From Euprymna scolopes (Eukaryota): a stretch of 64,000 nt of DNA. The notes beneath the pieces were generated by a model. The model made no database searches. It was not told where the DNA came from and saw only the letters and a program-made list of their open reading frames with translations. A program made the position numbers and the translations under genes. Below are positions 24,956 through 38,272 of this stretch, in pieces (position 1 is the stretch's first letter; each line of letters begins with the position of its first letter). The stretch lies in NCBI GenBank assembly GCA_053919585.1, contig CM132801.1. One strand, 5' to 3'.

Positions 24956-25691
24956 TATTTTTGTTACTGAACAGAGTGCCCCTTTTGGGGAGCTGATCCC
25001 CCCCCCCATTTTTTTACTGACCTCATGTCCAACTCTGCCCTTGTGAGGGAGGAGGTAAGTAAACAAATAAAAAAAAAAAAATCAGGGCATGTTGTAATTA
25101 AATCAGAAATTACTTTCTCAGTTATTTTTGTGATATTAAAACTGTGTTACATTAAATGTAGTATTTATTTACAATGCCTCCCCACGGGACAGATTTAGAC
25201 ACCAGGGTCATTTTTTAACGTGGAGAAAAGGAACAAAAAAATTGTCTTAGTCGTAAAGAGAGAGAAGAAATTGAAATGTTGCACCTGAAGAACAGATGGT
25301 ATTTATTTGCTCCCCCACCGAGCAAATTAGGCACAAGGCCGATTTTTAATGTGAGGAGTGAAAGGGAAATGGGGACCAACTCCCCGGGGAGTAGGGGAGT
25401 TGGATAGTGACAATTGCTATGAAGGGTTGCCCCTACATTGACCAAGGTCTTATATGTGAGGTTGCCCACACATATGGTCTTTGCTTGCAGTATCTGCCGG
25501 AACAGATACTACACTTTGATCTCGGCCCGAAGGCCAAGAAGAACAAATCACTTTTATTAGCTTTGCCTCAACAGTGACACCAATCTTTTTTTTGTTTTCA
25601 ATTAAGCGTGACACACAAAAGAACACACACGTTATCGTATTAATATATAGATTAGGTGGTTTGATAAATAATTTCATTGTGATGCATTTTG

Positions 25692-26070
25692 TAAATTTTT
25701 ACCCTATTTCCACCTTAACATTTTTCTTTAAAATGATTATCTTTTAAGGTTTTCAGTTATGCTGAAAACGAATATTGCATTTAAATTTTCCACAAATAAG
25801 TAGCTTTCTGAATATTAAGCAATGTCATTTCTTATGTTATTGCTGTGGCCATCTTGGTACGTGTGTTTGCACCTAGTTTCTTGGGGGTTAGGTTTGCGTG
25901 CTTGCGCATACCAAGATCACCACCAGCGATAACATAAGAAATGACATTGCTTAATATCCGGAAAACTACTTATTTGCAGAAAATTTAAATGCGCTATTCG
26001 TTTTCAGCATACCCTAAAACCTGAAAAAGTAATCATTTTAAATGTTAAGGTGGAAAGAAGGTAAAAAAAT
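25692..26070. mobile_element. palindromic foldback MITE
   Basis: arms of ~180 bp in inverted orientation (atgctgaaaacgaata..aatattaagcaatgtcatttcttatgttat / ataacataagaaatgacattgcttaatat..tattcgttttcagcat). Confidence 0.85.
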
Positions 26071-28542
26071 TACTATTTTATTTTTATTTTTTTGTTTACA
26101 TAGTTGAATTTTCAGTAAAACAACAGAATCGAAATGACAAACATTACCATCAACTGGTGAATATATAGTTGTTGCTTATCAGGATTCCTGGTATCCTAGT
26201 ACTGTGAAAGCTACATCAAGGATTCATGTAGAGTACGATTTATGGTTGCATCTCAGAAAATAGAGGTATTTTTTTGGCTAGATAGAGAGGCTTTACAAAA
26301 TTGGACTAGTCCCAAAATGCGTAAGTTCTGGTCAACTATGGGAATTTCCATCTTTTACAGAAATCCAAAATCTATACGAAAAATTTTCTTCGATTTATTC
26401 ATATATCTACTCACTTTTTTTTTTTTCTTTGAGGGGACTAGTAAATACCGGCCATGAATGCTCTTTAGGCATTCAATGGTTACATCCAGATTAAGCTCTC
26501 CTTTGGTGAAGAGGCAGGAAAATGCCTATTCTCAATAAAGCTATATTTAAATACTACTATAATACTTAGTTTTGTTCATGAATAGACACCCACTGTATGA
26601 TACCATGCACCAGTTTAAAAAAATGTTAATTTGTACATCTGCATTTATAATTCATGGCTTATGGTAAAGAGATACATCAGATTTGACTGCATAATCAGAA
26701 AGAGCACACAATTTTACTTAAGAGTGCCAAGTTTCATGAGAATAGCTTGAAAAATAAATAAATGGTGGCGAAATTACCAAATTTCTTGAAATGTTGAGAT
26801 CCGTAATTTAGCCCACTTTTTCTAAAGAAAAATGTCCACAGAAAAGCCTAAATTTTGGCACTTAAAATTCTCATATCTTTTGAACTACTTGATGGTATTT
26901 GCATAATTAAAAGGGTTTTAAGCGTCTTTTACATAACTCTTTTCATGCAAGTTGATAAAATAACAATTTGAAAAGAAAAAAATCAACTTGTAATAATAGA
27001 TGAATATAACTATAATTTTATTCCCATACTCATTTCCTTAGCTAATGAGACTGTGCCAACCTTTGCTTTCCTTTTTTTTTTCTCAATCAATATCATAGAA
27101 AACTTTGTTTTTATACTTTCTATAAGCAATATTGTTTATTTTACAAATTCAACTACTGCATTTCATAAATCACAAACTGTCAAAACAAACTCCTTTGAAT
27201 TTAATATCTGAGAATTTGCATTCCAATCTTCTATATTTGAATGGCCCACTATTTATAACTTTGCTGGCTCTCTTGTCATCAGCATAGCTATTACAAATTA
27301 TAACTTTATTGTCATTAATTGTAAAATGCATTTTCTTGATGCACAAAGGGTGGTCTTCAATAACGCACTGTCCTCACTGCTAATTTTGAGTTCTGCATCA
27401 TATCAGCTCAAACAGTAACATCGACCTTAGTCCAGACACATTAAATAACAAAAAGAAAACCATGTGGTTCTTATCCAGAATTCCCTCTATATTAAAAAAC
27501 AAAAATAAAGAAAAAAATCTGTATGATGTATATACCCATGATGAAACGAAAATATCATATTCCAAAAATCACATAAATTGATCAATAGTTTTATTTTTAA
27601 ATAACATCAAATTTTATTAGTAGGGGAGTGACTCTCACCATTTTGAAAAAAAAAAACTCTAAAAATAAGAGAGATAAATCAATAATTCAAAAATTGCAAA
27701 ATTTGTTAGAATGCCTATGAATTCCCATTAATCGCTTAAAAACGTTTTTTTGTTTTTGATAAAAATGCAGTTCAATTAATCAGCTAAACAATTAGTGATC
27801 TTCAAGATAATTAAGACATAATATATTCTAATATGCAGAATACAGTTAGTATGGGATTATAATAATGTAAAAAAATAATAGGTGTTATTTTTTATTTATT
27901 TATTTTCATGACTGAAAATAAAGAAACATGAAAATTTGTATACAAATCAATGGAGTCTTGCTAAGCTTGAATTGTAAATGCTAACTCTTAAAGCCGATAC
28001 TCCCTATTTATTTGCCTCCTCACACGAGCAAAGTTAAGTACAAGTTCAGTTTTTAAGGGAGGAAAGGGGGCACAGTATTGGGACAAACATTTTGTCTCAG
28101 GATAGGCACAGAACAAATACTACACTTTAATCCAAGCTTAATGGTTTGAATACTTTACCGTTGAATTGTTGCTTAAAAATAGGTATTAATTTAGGGATGG
28201 GAGTAAGTAACGTAAGGTGGGTTGTCTTTAGTTGAGGACAACTTTAAAACTTTTTTTTATATTGAATATTACACTAAAATGTAAAAGGAGAGTGACTCGC
28301 TGTTCCAGGTATTACTTGACTTACCCATGACTAATTTGAAGATTGAACCTCAATCCCCCAAATTTAAGTTTTCTTCAAAAAATAATTTTTTTTTTTTTTA
28401 ATTTTTTTTTTTTTTTTTTTATTGCGAGAGGTACCAAAAATGAAAGTGGTTTTAGGTTGTGTGTTTTTTCTCTTTTCTGATGTTTATTTTGGTTAGATTT
28501 TATGGATTAAATGCATTTCTTTCTATTTTTCTTTTTCTTTAG

Positions 28543-28675
28543 ACAATGCATACGATCCTGATGTCAATGCATCTCAGTTGTGGATCGATAAATACACAAT
28601 CAACAATAAAATCTGTTTATCATTTGTCGATAATGGAAGTGGTATGGAACCCGATAAACTTCTCAGAATGCTTAG
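28543..28675 (+). CDS. MORC3: MORC exon A (GHKL N-box end and G1 box)
   Basis: ttttctttag|AC AAT GCA ... CTT AG|gtaagt; (D)[43 protein letters not shown](S). Confidence 0.95.
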
Positions 28676-31600
28676 GTAAGTCTATTCCCAAATCGAAGGG
28701 CAGTGAACTGTTTTTATTTTGTGTTAAATGGTGAATTACTTCCCTTGCTGAATATTGGCATAAGTTTAAAATGTGGCTAATTCACAACTTTTAGAACATA
28801 ATTTTTATTTTATTTATATTTATTTTTTTACCAAATTATTCAAAGTTCAAATTTTAAGTTGTCATTAGATGACTCTTTCACCTTTTGAAATGTTTATGAA
28901 TTTTCGGTACTTGTACAGTTTAATCAAGACATTAAAAAAATGAAAAAAAAAATGAAAATATCAAAAAAAGGTTATATTGTACATATCAGTTTTGAACTGA
29001 AGATCTCTGGAAAAAAATTTCACTTAATTTGATCGTGTAGTTTTTTTTTTGTTTTTTTTTTTACAGTGGAAAAACACGTTTTTATGACTGCACGTTGAAG
29101 GTAGATATCTTTGAATTTTTTAAATTTTTGTTTGGAATTTTAGAACACGCTACAGGGAGATAACTCAATTTAAAGCGCCGACACTCTCTCCTCATCTTTT
29201 GATACTAGCTGTTCTTCCTAAAAATCGAACCTTTTGCTCAATATCATAAATTGTTTTTTTGCTGTAAAAAAAAAAACAAAAAAAAAACTACTTGATGAAA
29301 TTAAGTGAATTTTTTTTTTTTTTTTTCAGAGAACTTCATTCCATAACGGATATGTACAATATAAACTTTTTTTCAATATTTTCATTTTTTAATGTCTTAA
29401 TTAAACTGTAGAAGTACCGAATTTTCCTTAAAATTATTTATCAGTTTTATTGATTCGGTACTAAAGTTGATAATTGAGGGAAGGGATGACTTTCGTTCTC
29501 ATCTTGGGATGAGAGGCACCAAAATAGCGAGCTCCAACCATCAGCTTCACCTTTGTAAATCCATGTCTTCAGTTAGCGACCTCCGTGCTTCCTCCAGCCA
29601 GCAGGTGCAATTGAGGCTACCAAATAGTGGATGAATTCTTCATAGTATTAAAAAATGTAACCAATAAAATCTCTTAAGAAGAATCTCTGATGCTGTTGAT
29701 TCAAATGAATCAGCATGGTATACTACCTTTTGACCAGCTTCATTATAGTGTTGATATTGTTTTTCCAGATTTCTCCCCCCCCCTCTAAAATTATATACTT
29801 ATAAGAGGGATCACATGATGGTTGCCAACATCCATAAGTAAAACTGGTTTTTATGTACAGCATAGCAAAATCCGTAGAATACCGGTAGAATCCTGTGAAT
29901 TGATGTGAAAATAAAGTTTTGTTTTTTTTTAATTTTCCCCTTTACTTTTCCTTATTGTTCTGATGGTATAATATAAGTTTTATTCCTCATCTTTTGTTTA
30001 ATACATTTATTTGCTCCTTTTAATAGTGTTGCACTTATCTTGATAAGCTCTTCTTTGTTAAAGATTTACTCTTTCATAACATAATTATATATGTATATAT
30101 AATTTTGTTGGAATAGGACGGGGCATCCTGCTATTCACCCGCTATCTCATATATTCTAACTAAGAGATCTTTTTAAAATTCTGATTGTCCTTTTAAGTGT
30201 AATTGTTTGTATCTCTCTTGCTTTGGGTGCACCTGGTATATTTACTGGATAGTTTTTTTTGTTTTTTTATTTTGTTTTTTCATGAATCCGGTTGCTCTTA
30301 TAATCACTGGAATGATGGAAATCTTCCTCAGATTCCATTTTCTTTTCAAGTCTTGTATATTCCATGTCTTGTATAAGTCTTTGGTATTTCATTATCTTTT
30401 CCCTTTCAGCTCTGTTTAAATCAGCATCGTTGGGGACACTAACTTTTACTAGGGTTGCTTCTTTCTCCTTCTTGCTCCATGTCGCTGTCTGGTTTAATGC
30501 TCCATTTTCTAGGTACATAGCTATAGGAATTGCATAGTCATAATGGATGGTGTACTAACTGTTCTTTCTGTTCCCAGTACTTTCTGCTGCATTTTATATT
30601 CAACTTTTTACAGATGGTTCAGTGGCAATATTTACACAATTCATTGTGTCTCGTTGTATTATAGCCGTTCCCCCACAGCCAGACAATGTAGCAGCTCACA
30701 AGGGCTCTCAAGTATAAAATTACGACCTGTGAGACGTTGGCTTGGGTTATAGCTGGTTGCGATGATCATGTCCCTTGTTTGGTACGAGGTAGGTTCAATC
30801 CACTGTCGGATTTTGCAGCGGTTTGCTTAATCTGTGTCAGATAATAGGCTTTCTTGTGTGTGTGGCGTGTTTGCTCAGTTGGTAGAGTGCTCGCCTTGCA
30901 TGCAAAAGGCTCGGGTTTCAAATTCTGAGTTCGGATGTGTCTAACTGATAAATCCAAAATGAGGGTAAAACTCGAGTCTTAGACTTCCGATTTGTTGGCG
31001 TCATGGCTCCTGTGAGCTGTGACGTGTGGCTGTGGAAATAATGATATATTCTCTTTCATTCTGAAGAGTTTTTTATATGTAAGAACTTTATTAAAGACAG
31101 TAAATGATAATCTTCAACAATTTATTCTTCAACAGGATACAAAAAAAAAAAAAAAGAAAATATTAGGAACTCCTTAATCTGCAGAGTTTCAAAGAATGCA
31201 TTCTTTTCATCAGAGGAAAGATTTTAGTAAAATAATTATTATAGCGAAGATATGATTTTGCTGATACTAATAAATTGAAACTGCATCATGAAACTAATCA
31301 TAGATGCATAAAAAGTAGTAGAAAGGGTTTATGAAACGCAGAAATGAAAGAATATGCAGTTTTTAGATTGATACAGAAGATCATTAGATGCCATGTTCTC
31401 ATAAGTAAGTAGTTTGTTAGGCAATATTGACATCACAATCTATTCTTAATCTGGATCACTGTCATTTTTTTCTTTTCTTTTTTTTTTATTTAGATGTATG
31501 GCATAATCACATTGACACACTAGTCTCCATTAAATCACCAAAGTTAAGCAGTGTTGAGCCTGACAGGTACAAAATGAGTGACCATTTGGAAATAGTAGTT

Positions 31601-34600
31601 GATGTATGTCATTCCCCTGACTGGGGACCATATGTGAATTTTTATTTCTCAAAGACTTTCAGTGGAAGTCTTACATTGGATGAATGCCACAAGTATTATC
31701 AGTTATTTGAATACAACCTAGTTGGCGGTTGAGGTCGTCATGCCATGGAATTTTTTACTTTCCTCTTAGCCTTCTCCATTGCCCTTGTGCTTTATTTTTT
31801 CATTCTACATGTGCACCTGTTTGTAAGGTGATCTGCCCATCTATGTTTTGTTCTGTTTATGATTTATTTTCGCATTTCTCCGTGAAGGATCATGAGAAAC
31901 CATTTTTGTTTGTGTCCAAATTCTTCACCCTGCACCCGGATGTTCAAGTAACCATCATGCCATCCATCAAAAGATCAAATAACCCAGTATTTATTAAATA
32001 TTGGTTAACCTAATTTAAAATAATGTCCATACTGATTTTTTTTTCCTTTTTTCCTTTTTTTTTTCTTTAGCTTTTTCTTTTTCCTTTCCTGTATTTTTCT
32101 TTTTTCCTTTCCTATTGTCTCTTTTTTTTCCCCCCATTTTTTTGTTTTCTATTTTTTTTTCCTTTCTGACAAACAAAAACATTTTTTTTATATAACTATC
32201 TTTTTCTTTCAGTTTTGGGTTTTGTGAAAAAATTGCTGTTGGTGGTCATAAACCAATTGGACAATATGGTAATGGATTTAAATCTGGTTCAATGCGGCTT
32301 GGGCGTGATGCCTTGGTTCTTACACGGACCAATACATGCATGAGTGTTGGTCTGCTATCTCAAAATTACTTGGCGGCTGTCCGAGAAGAGACCGTGCTCG
32401 TCCCCATTGTGACCTGGAAATTACCACAAAGTATCCTTTTATGGTAGTTGAAGTGGGGGGGGGATAAATTTTACTCTTTGCTTTTCTTTCAGTTTGTGTT
32501 TTAATTATTGTTTCTTTGTATCTATCTTTCAAACATTCAAATAATACTGATTAGTTGTTTGGATTAAGGAAGTAATCTTTCAAACATTTTGAAAGGGTCT
32601 AGGAATTTTATTTTTAAAAATTCTCTCAAGCAATCGTAGAGCAAAAGTTTGAACAATACTTTTGGAGAAAGGATTTTAAAACAACTGTTTGCATGAAGTA
32701 TAGTTATACTTCGGTGGAGATCTGTACTCTCCAGGTGCTTTTCTTATAATTCAGTCTTGGGATCTACGAATTTGATTTTAACGAGTCCTTGGGAAAATTT
32801 AATGATTAAAATAGTGTTTATTTATTATCTTCTCTGCCTCTCCCAAACAGAACATAACTAGAATTTAAAAATGTATCTTTTAAAGAATGTTGATCCTAAG
32901 ATGCTACTCTTGATGTACCATTGACAACTTCTCCAGGTGAGAGGTGATAATGAAGTTCTGACCTGAGAATCCTTGTTCACAGCCAGATGTATTTCCGTAA
33001 TACTTGTCACAAAATTAAGCCCTTCTGTTTTTCTTTTATTTTTTTTTCTTTTAAGTGCAATTCTGTGGGTTTTAGAGGGATTTTTGTTGGGTGGGGTTTG
33101 CTTGTTTTGAGTTTTAGAATATAATAATTTTAGTAGCACTGCCTTGAAATCTGTGCTGATTCAAATCCATTTCACGGTTGGTTGGTGTTGCTAATTGATT
33201 CTCACAAAACTGAATAAATCAAAAATTGTTGATGATAGGTAAGGATCTGGAAGAATGACACAACTTGGTAAATAGTGGAAACAAAATATATTGAAAAGAA
33301 AAGTAAATACAAAAGATAGTGTGGCTATACATCAGTACAACTGCCAAGTGCATATGACTCGTGCATAGCTGGTGTGTTAACACCGGGGAACATATTCTCT
33401 TGCTCTTGATAGTAAGTAGAGTAGTTCATTATTATCACTATTATGAAAATAAGAATCAGATAGAAAGAAAATTTATAAATATTGTGTTATGGACAAAGAT
33501 TCTTCATAGTCGTCTCCATTTCAATGATGACTGATGACACATCTGTTCAGTCTGTCATTTTCTCTCAAAGCAACTACTGGAAACTGAAAATGTAGTTTAT
33601 ACTTTTTAGTGGTGTGTTGTTTAAAACAAAATGTAGGGTCCATTTTATTATATACTGGGGGGGGGGTACCTGACGTTGCATGGGTTTTTAGAGGCGTGTG
33701 TGGTTGGGGGGGAGTAAAATGAAAACAAAGCGAAGTACTAACCCTTTTTGTAATATAGTATAAAAACAAACAATGTTAAAACTATTTAAAAAAAAAAAAA
33801 AAAAAATTGTGAAAAAAAACCATTAAAAACATGAACGTGATGCAATACGAACGCTCCGGCGGTTCCTGGATGTTTGTAAAATCCCAAAATGGGCTCGAAC
33901 TCGAATCATTGAGGCGTAAGCGCAAAAAAAAAACAAAAAAAAAAAACGTGATGAATTAACTAAAAAGGGAATTAGGTCAAATATCAATTCCGCAGTGAAG
34001 TTTGTTTTGGTTTAGTATCAGTAGTCCCGCATCACACTGAATTCAAAATGAATGTTTTTGTTTTCTCGAATTCTAAATGAATTTATTTGTTTTAATTTTA
34101 ATTTAAGTGTAATGCAAGTGAATTCACGATACCGTTGCGTTGTAACAATAAACAGTAAAGAATTAATTCTTTGTGTAAAAATAAATGTTGAGTTGAAAGC
34201 AATAATAAATAAAGGTCATAGTTAGATTTCACGGTTAGAGGCGTTAAAACCGGAAGTAAAAACCGGTTGCGTCTTGCACTAAATGAAAAAAAGCAAAAAG
34301 AAAACAATAATAATTGCGTTTTCGCGTTTTTTTTTTGTTTTTTGTTTTTTTTTATTTTTAATTTTATTTATGGGAAAAAGCATAAATCAGGGGGAAAACA
34401 AAAAAAACAAAAAAAAAAACGGCATAAATAACCTTATACGATTCCAAACTGGTATTTCCTCGTACTGTTCCTTGTGAATGCATCCGCTGCAGTGTAAATG
34501 GGGAGCGGGGAAAGGAGGAATCTAATAGAGAGAAAAGATGTTGCAACTTCCATTGAATCTAACCGATTTTGGCAGTGGACTCTCACCGGAAAAAATATAG

Positions 34601-37600
34601 GAATGTACCATTGTCGAGGAACTGTAGAGGTCTATAACACATCTAAGATAATGTGCTACAGTTTGTACGCATTACATTTGCATGTTATGTCATGATTTTT
34701 AATCCTATTATGGTCAAAGTCGGAGGGGAAAAATGAGTTGATTTTATTTATATATATGAATATATATATTTGTATATTTTGGCAGCAAGTCATTATTCAA
34801 GCACGTTTGACTGATCATGAGAGTTCTTCCTTTTTCCGATTTTGTTGGATAACTTTCAATTCGCTGAGTGGGCTTTTTTATTTCGGCGGGCATGTTGTAT
34901 ATTATGGCGCCCAGTAGTTGTTGTTCGGCCTTATTCTTCTCAAGTGCTTTTAATCGGTACATCCAATTAGTAATACACACGGACGAAAAAACGCTTTGGA
35001 TAATCACAGATTTCATGCTAGTTCTACTAAAATAGCCATATTTTTTAAACCAAAGCACTTCAAGTCTTCAAATTACTACTGTTTTGTTCGGAAATGAATA
35101 TACTTTCAAATGAATTAATAAATATGAATGTACATTATATATTTTAAGAGTTTTGAGCAAATAAAGTGATAGAAATGTGAACGTCATAAAATGGCGTTTT
35201 CGGTAAGGTTTTGTAATGACCCCCCTGTTTTCTAAAGGTCCGTACCGTGATTGTATGAAGAATTTCGTCATGAAATTTGGGAATCAATAAGAAGAGGTGT
35301 TAATCTTAATACTGTCAAGTGTCCGAAATATTTTTGACCATTTCTTTTTTTGTTGTGTTAAAAATAAGACTTTAATATGCCGAGTATCGAACATTTTGAA
35401 AAAAAAATTCTTCGGACACCCAGTAGTAAGTAAATCAATCTTTTTACTATCTTTATCAATTAAAAGTATTATTTTATGTTGAGTAGGACCGCGGTAATTG
35501 ATAATTTAAAAGGACCTACCCGAAAAAAAAAATTGTTTCTATTTCGAGAATTTGGTCAAATGAAGTTAATATTACTAGAAGCAGCAGCAGCTCTAGCCTG
35601 TAGAATCAGCCATAGCACAGTGTATAAACAAACACGCGTTCTTTAATTTTTATTCAAGAACGAATTAAGAAAAACAAAATGAAACATAATGAAAATAATT
35701 AAGAAAAACAAAATGAAACCATAATGAAATATAAATATAAATGTTCTTATGTTTAATTAGAGCTATTTTGTTATCAGAATAACATTAGTTTAGAACTATT
35801 CGGTTTTCAGAATGTATAATTAATCCCAACCAATTCGGCATTATGAATCTGTTGCAATTGCTCACATTTTTCGTCAAATTTAAAAACATGGTTAAAAAAA
35901 ACAAAATAAACTTTTGTAGATATATAGCTTGCATGCACTTTTATTCTTTAAATTAGTTTTGAACAGCGAATTAAAACAATGTTTTACTGCGAACAGCCAC
36001 AAATGTTTTTTTTTCAAAATCAAAATAAGTATCAAAATCTCGTTTATACATAGATTTGAAAAAGTTGTCAAAAAACAAATATATAACAAATAAATGTTAT
36101 TAAAGGCAAGATAAGTTACTTTTCTACCTAACTGGATAATTTTCTAGTGTTTTTATTTAATGTAACATGTTTATTCAGCTCGAAAAACGTACAGTGTTTA
36201 CCGATGTATTGGAAAATTAAAAATGGCGCCCGGCCCGACTCTCTTTGACACGGTAAGTTTGAGAAAAGGAGTTAAAAATTAAAAAAAAAAAAAAACTATA
36301 CAAAATACTGTTAAAAACTCACTGAATATATGTTAACCTATGTCACGGTAACATATATTGAGCGAGTTTCTAGCAGTATTTTGTCTACTTTTTTATTTTT
36401 AACTCTTTCCCCCAAACTTACCGTTTCAAGAGAGTCGGGCGGCGGGCGCCATTTAAAATTTTCCAAAACATCGGTAAACACTGTTTTCAAGCTGAATAAA
36501 CATGTTACATTAAATAAAAACACTAAAAAATTATCCAGTTAGGTAGAAAAGTAACTTGCTTTTGATAACATTTATTTGTTATATATTTGTTTTTTTGACA
36601 ACTTTTTCGAATCTATGTGTATAGTAATACAAACCCTCAAAATCTATATCAATATTCTTGAAATTTTAAAAGCAGTTAGAAAACACATCAAACTACAATT
36701 AGGAAGCTTTTTATTTCGTTAATTTTTTTTTCTACTTATTAAGCGAAAGATATTTTTACAACCTGCTCCAGCGTAGTATAAACGGCCTATGGAATTAACA
36801 CCTTCAACCTCGAAAATAGAAATCAACAAATTTATGGAATTTTCTTTGAAATTTCGCAACGCAGTTTCTTATTAAATTAAAACTAAATATATAATATAAA
36901 GCCAATAATTATGAATCGCTAACAGTAAATATGAGTGATGAACGCTCTCTTTGAAAAAAAGCTCTCTTAACTTCACCTCTAATCCAAATTATGTGTGGCA
37001 AGTCTCCTCCTAAAACACTCTTTAACCCTAACAATAACACTAAGTTCGAGTGGCAAGCCCCCCTCCCCCTCCAACAAAATACCTCTGTAAGCCACATACA
37101 AGCATCTAAAACAAACAAAAAATAGATCCTTCCTTAAAGAAAATACACATAAAAATAAATTGGTTAACTGTCCTAAAATGCTAGAATGGCCAGGAAATGG
37201 TGAATTATTTTACATTAAATTTTTGTGAAACTAACCGCTCCCCCCTCTAATATTGTTTTTGTTAGCTTTGTCTCTGTCAAGTTTTCAGTATGTTCACACA
37301 TAATTTTCCTTAGCCCTACAATTAATTCAAAGTCCGAATGGCAACCCTCCACATATTCTCATTGCATAGAAACCCTCTTAAAACTACACATAATCATCTT
37401 AAAAAAAAAAAAAAAGCATGCATATTTTCCCATAGAAAAAAAAGCAGTTAACTGCCCTAAAATGCTAGAATGATCTGTAATAGGAAATTATTTTACATTC
37501 AATTCTAAAATAATTTGTTTATCTTTCATTAAAGTTTTTCATGGCATTTTATACATAATTTCCTAAAAAGGTAGAATCACATTTTGGAGGGGTGGTCAGA

Positions 37601-38226
37601 AGGAGTTGAGTGGGGTTAAACAGAAGGTGTTAATCTACAATAATACCAAAGAAATATTGCAATATATTCATTTTTAAATGGTCTTATGTTTAGATTTAAG
37701 TTTTTTGTACATAAAGCACATTACAATTCAACTTTGAGTTCTCCAACTTCTTTTCTGTTTATGGATACATGGCATTTTTAAGGAATTGCTGCATATTTAT
37801 GCACATTTACTGCAGATTATTTGGAAACCATAAACTTTGGGAGATTTTCAGTTGCATATTCTGATTCCTTGTACAAAAATACACTTATACAGTAAATTTC
37901 ATTTTTTAGTCTTGTGTTTTAACAAAGATATGACATTTTTACTGAAAAAGTAGTGTAAAAAATGTGACGAAACGCATATGGTCTTAAAGACGGGAAAATA
38001 TCCAAACGTGTGAGGCACAAAAATAGCCATAACTTCCTTAATTTTAATCAGATTTAAAAAATTTAAAAAGATTCTTTCTTAGCTCATCAAGCTCTTTCTA
38101 CGCATACTAATATTGAAATATTTCAAGCTATTTCAATTTTTTCATGTGTATTGCTAATCCAATCGTTGTACGGGGCGATTGTTGTTGTTGTTATTTTCTT
38201 TATTGAGGCTTGGTGTATTTATAGTT

Positions 38227-38272
<46 letters not shown>

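Noticed and set aside
27130-27170. TNSTT-like peptide as the missing MORC exon
   Set aside because: No following HTW/AELI motif and no suitable splice sites.
30862-30935. functional tRNA-Ala
   Set aside because: Acceptor and anticodon stems do not pair fully and the T-loop is altered.
31061-31095. hammerhead ribozyme (ctgaagag + stem)
   Set aside because: The GAAA core after stem II is missing and stems I and III were not found.
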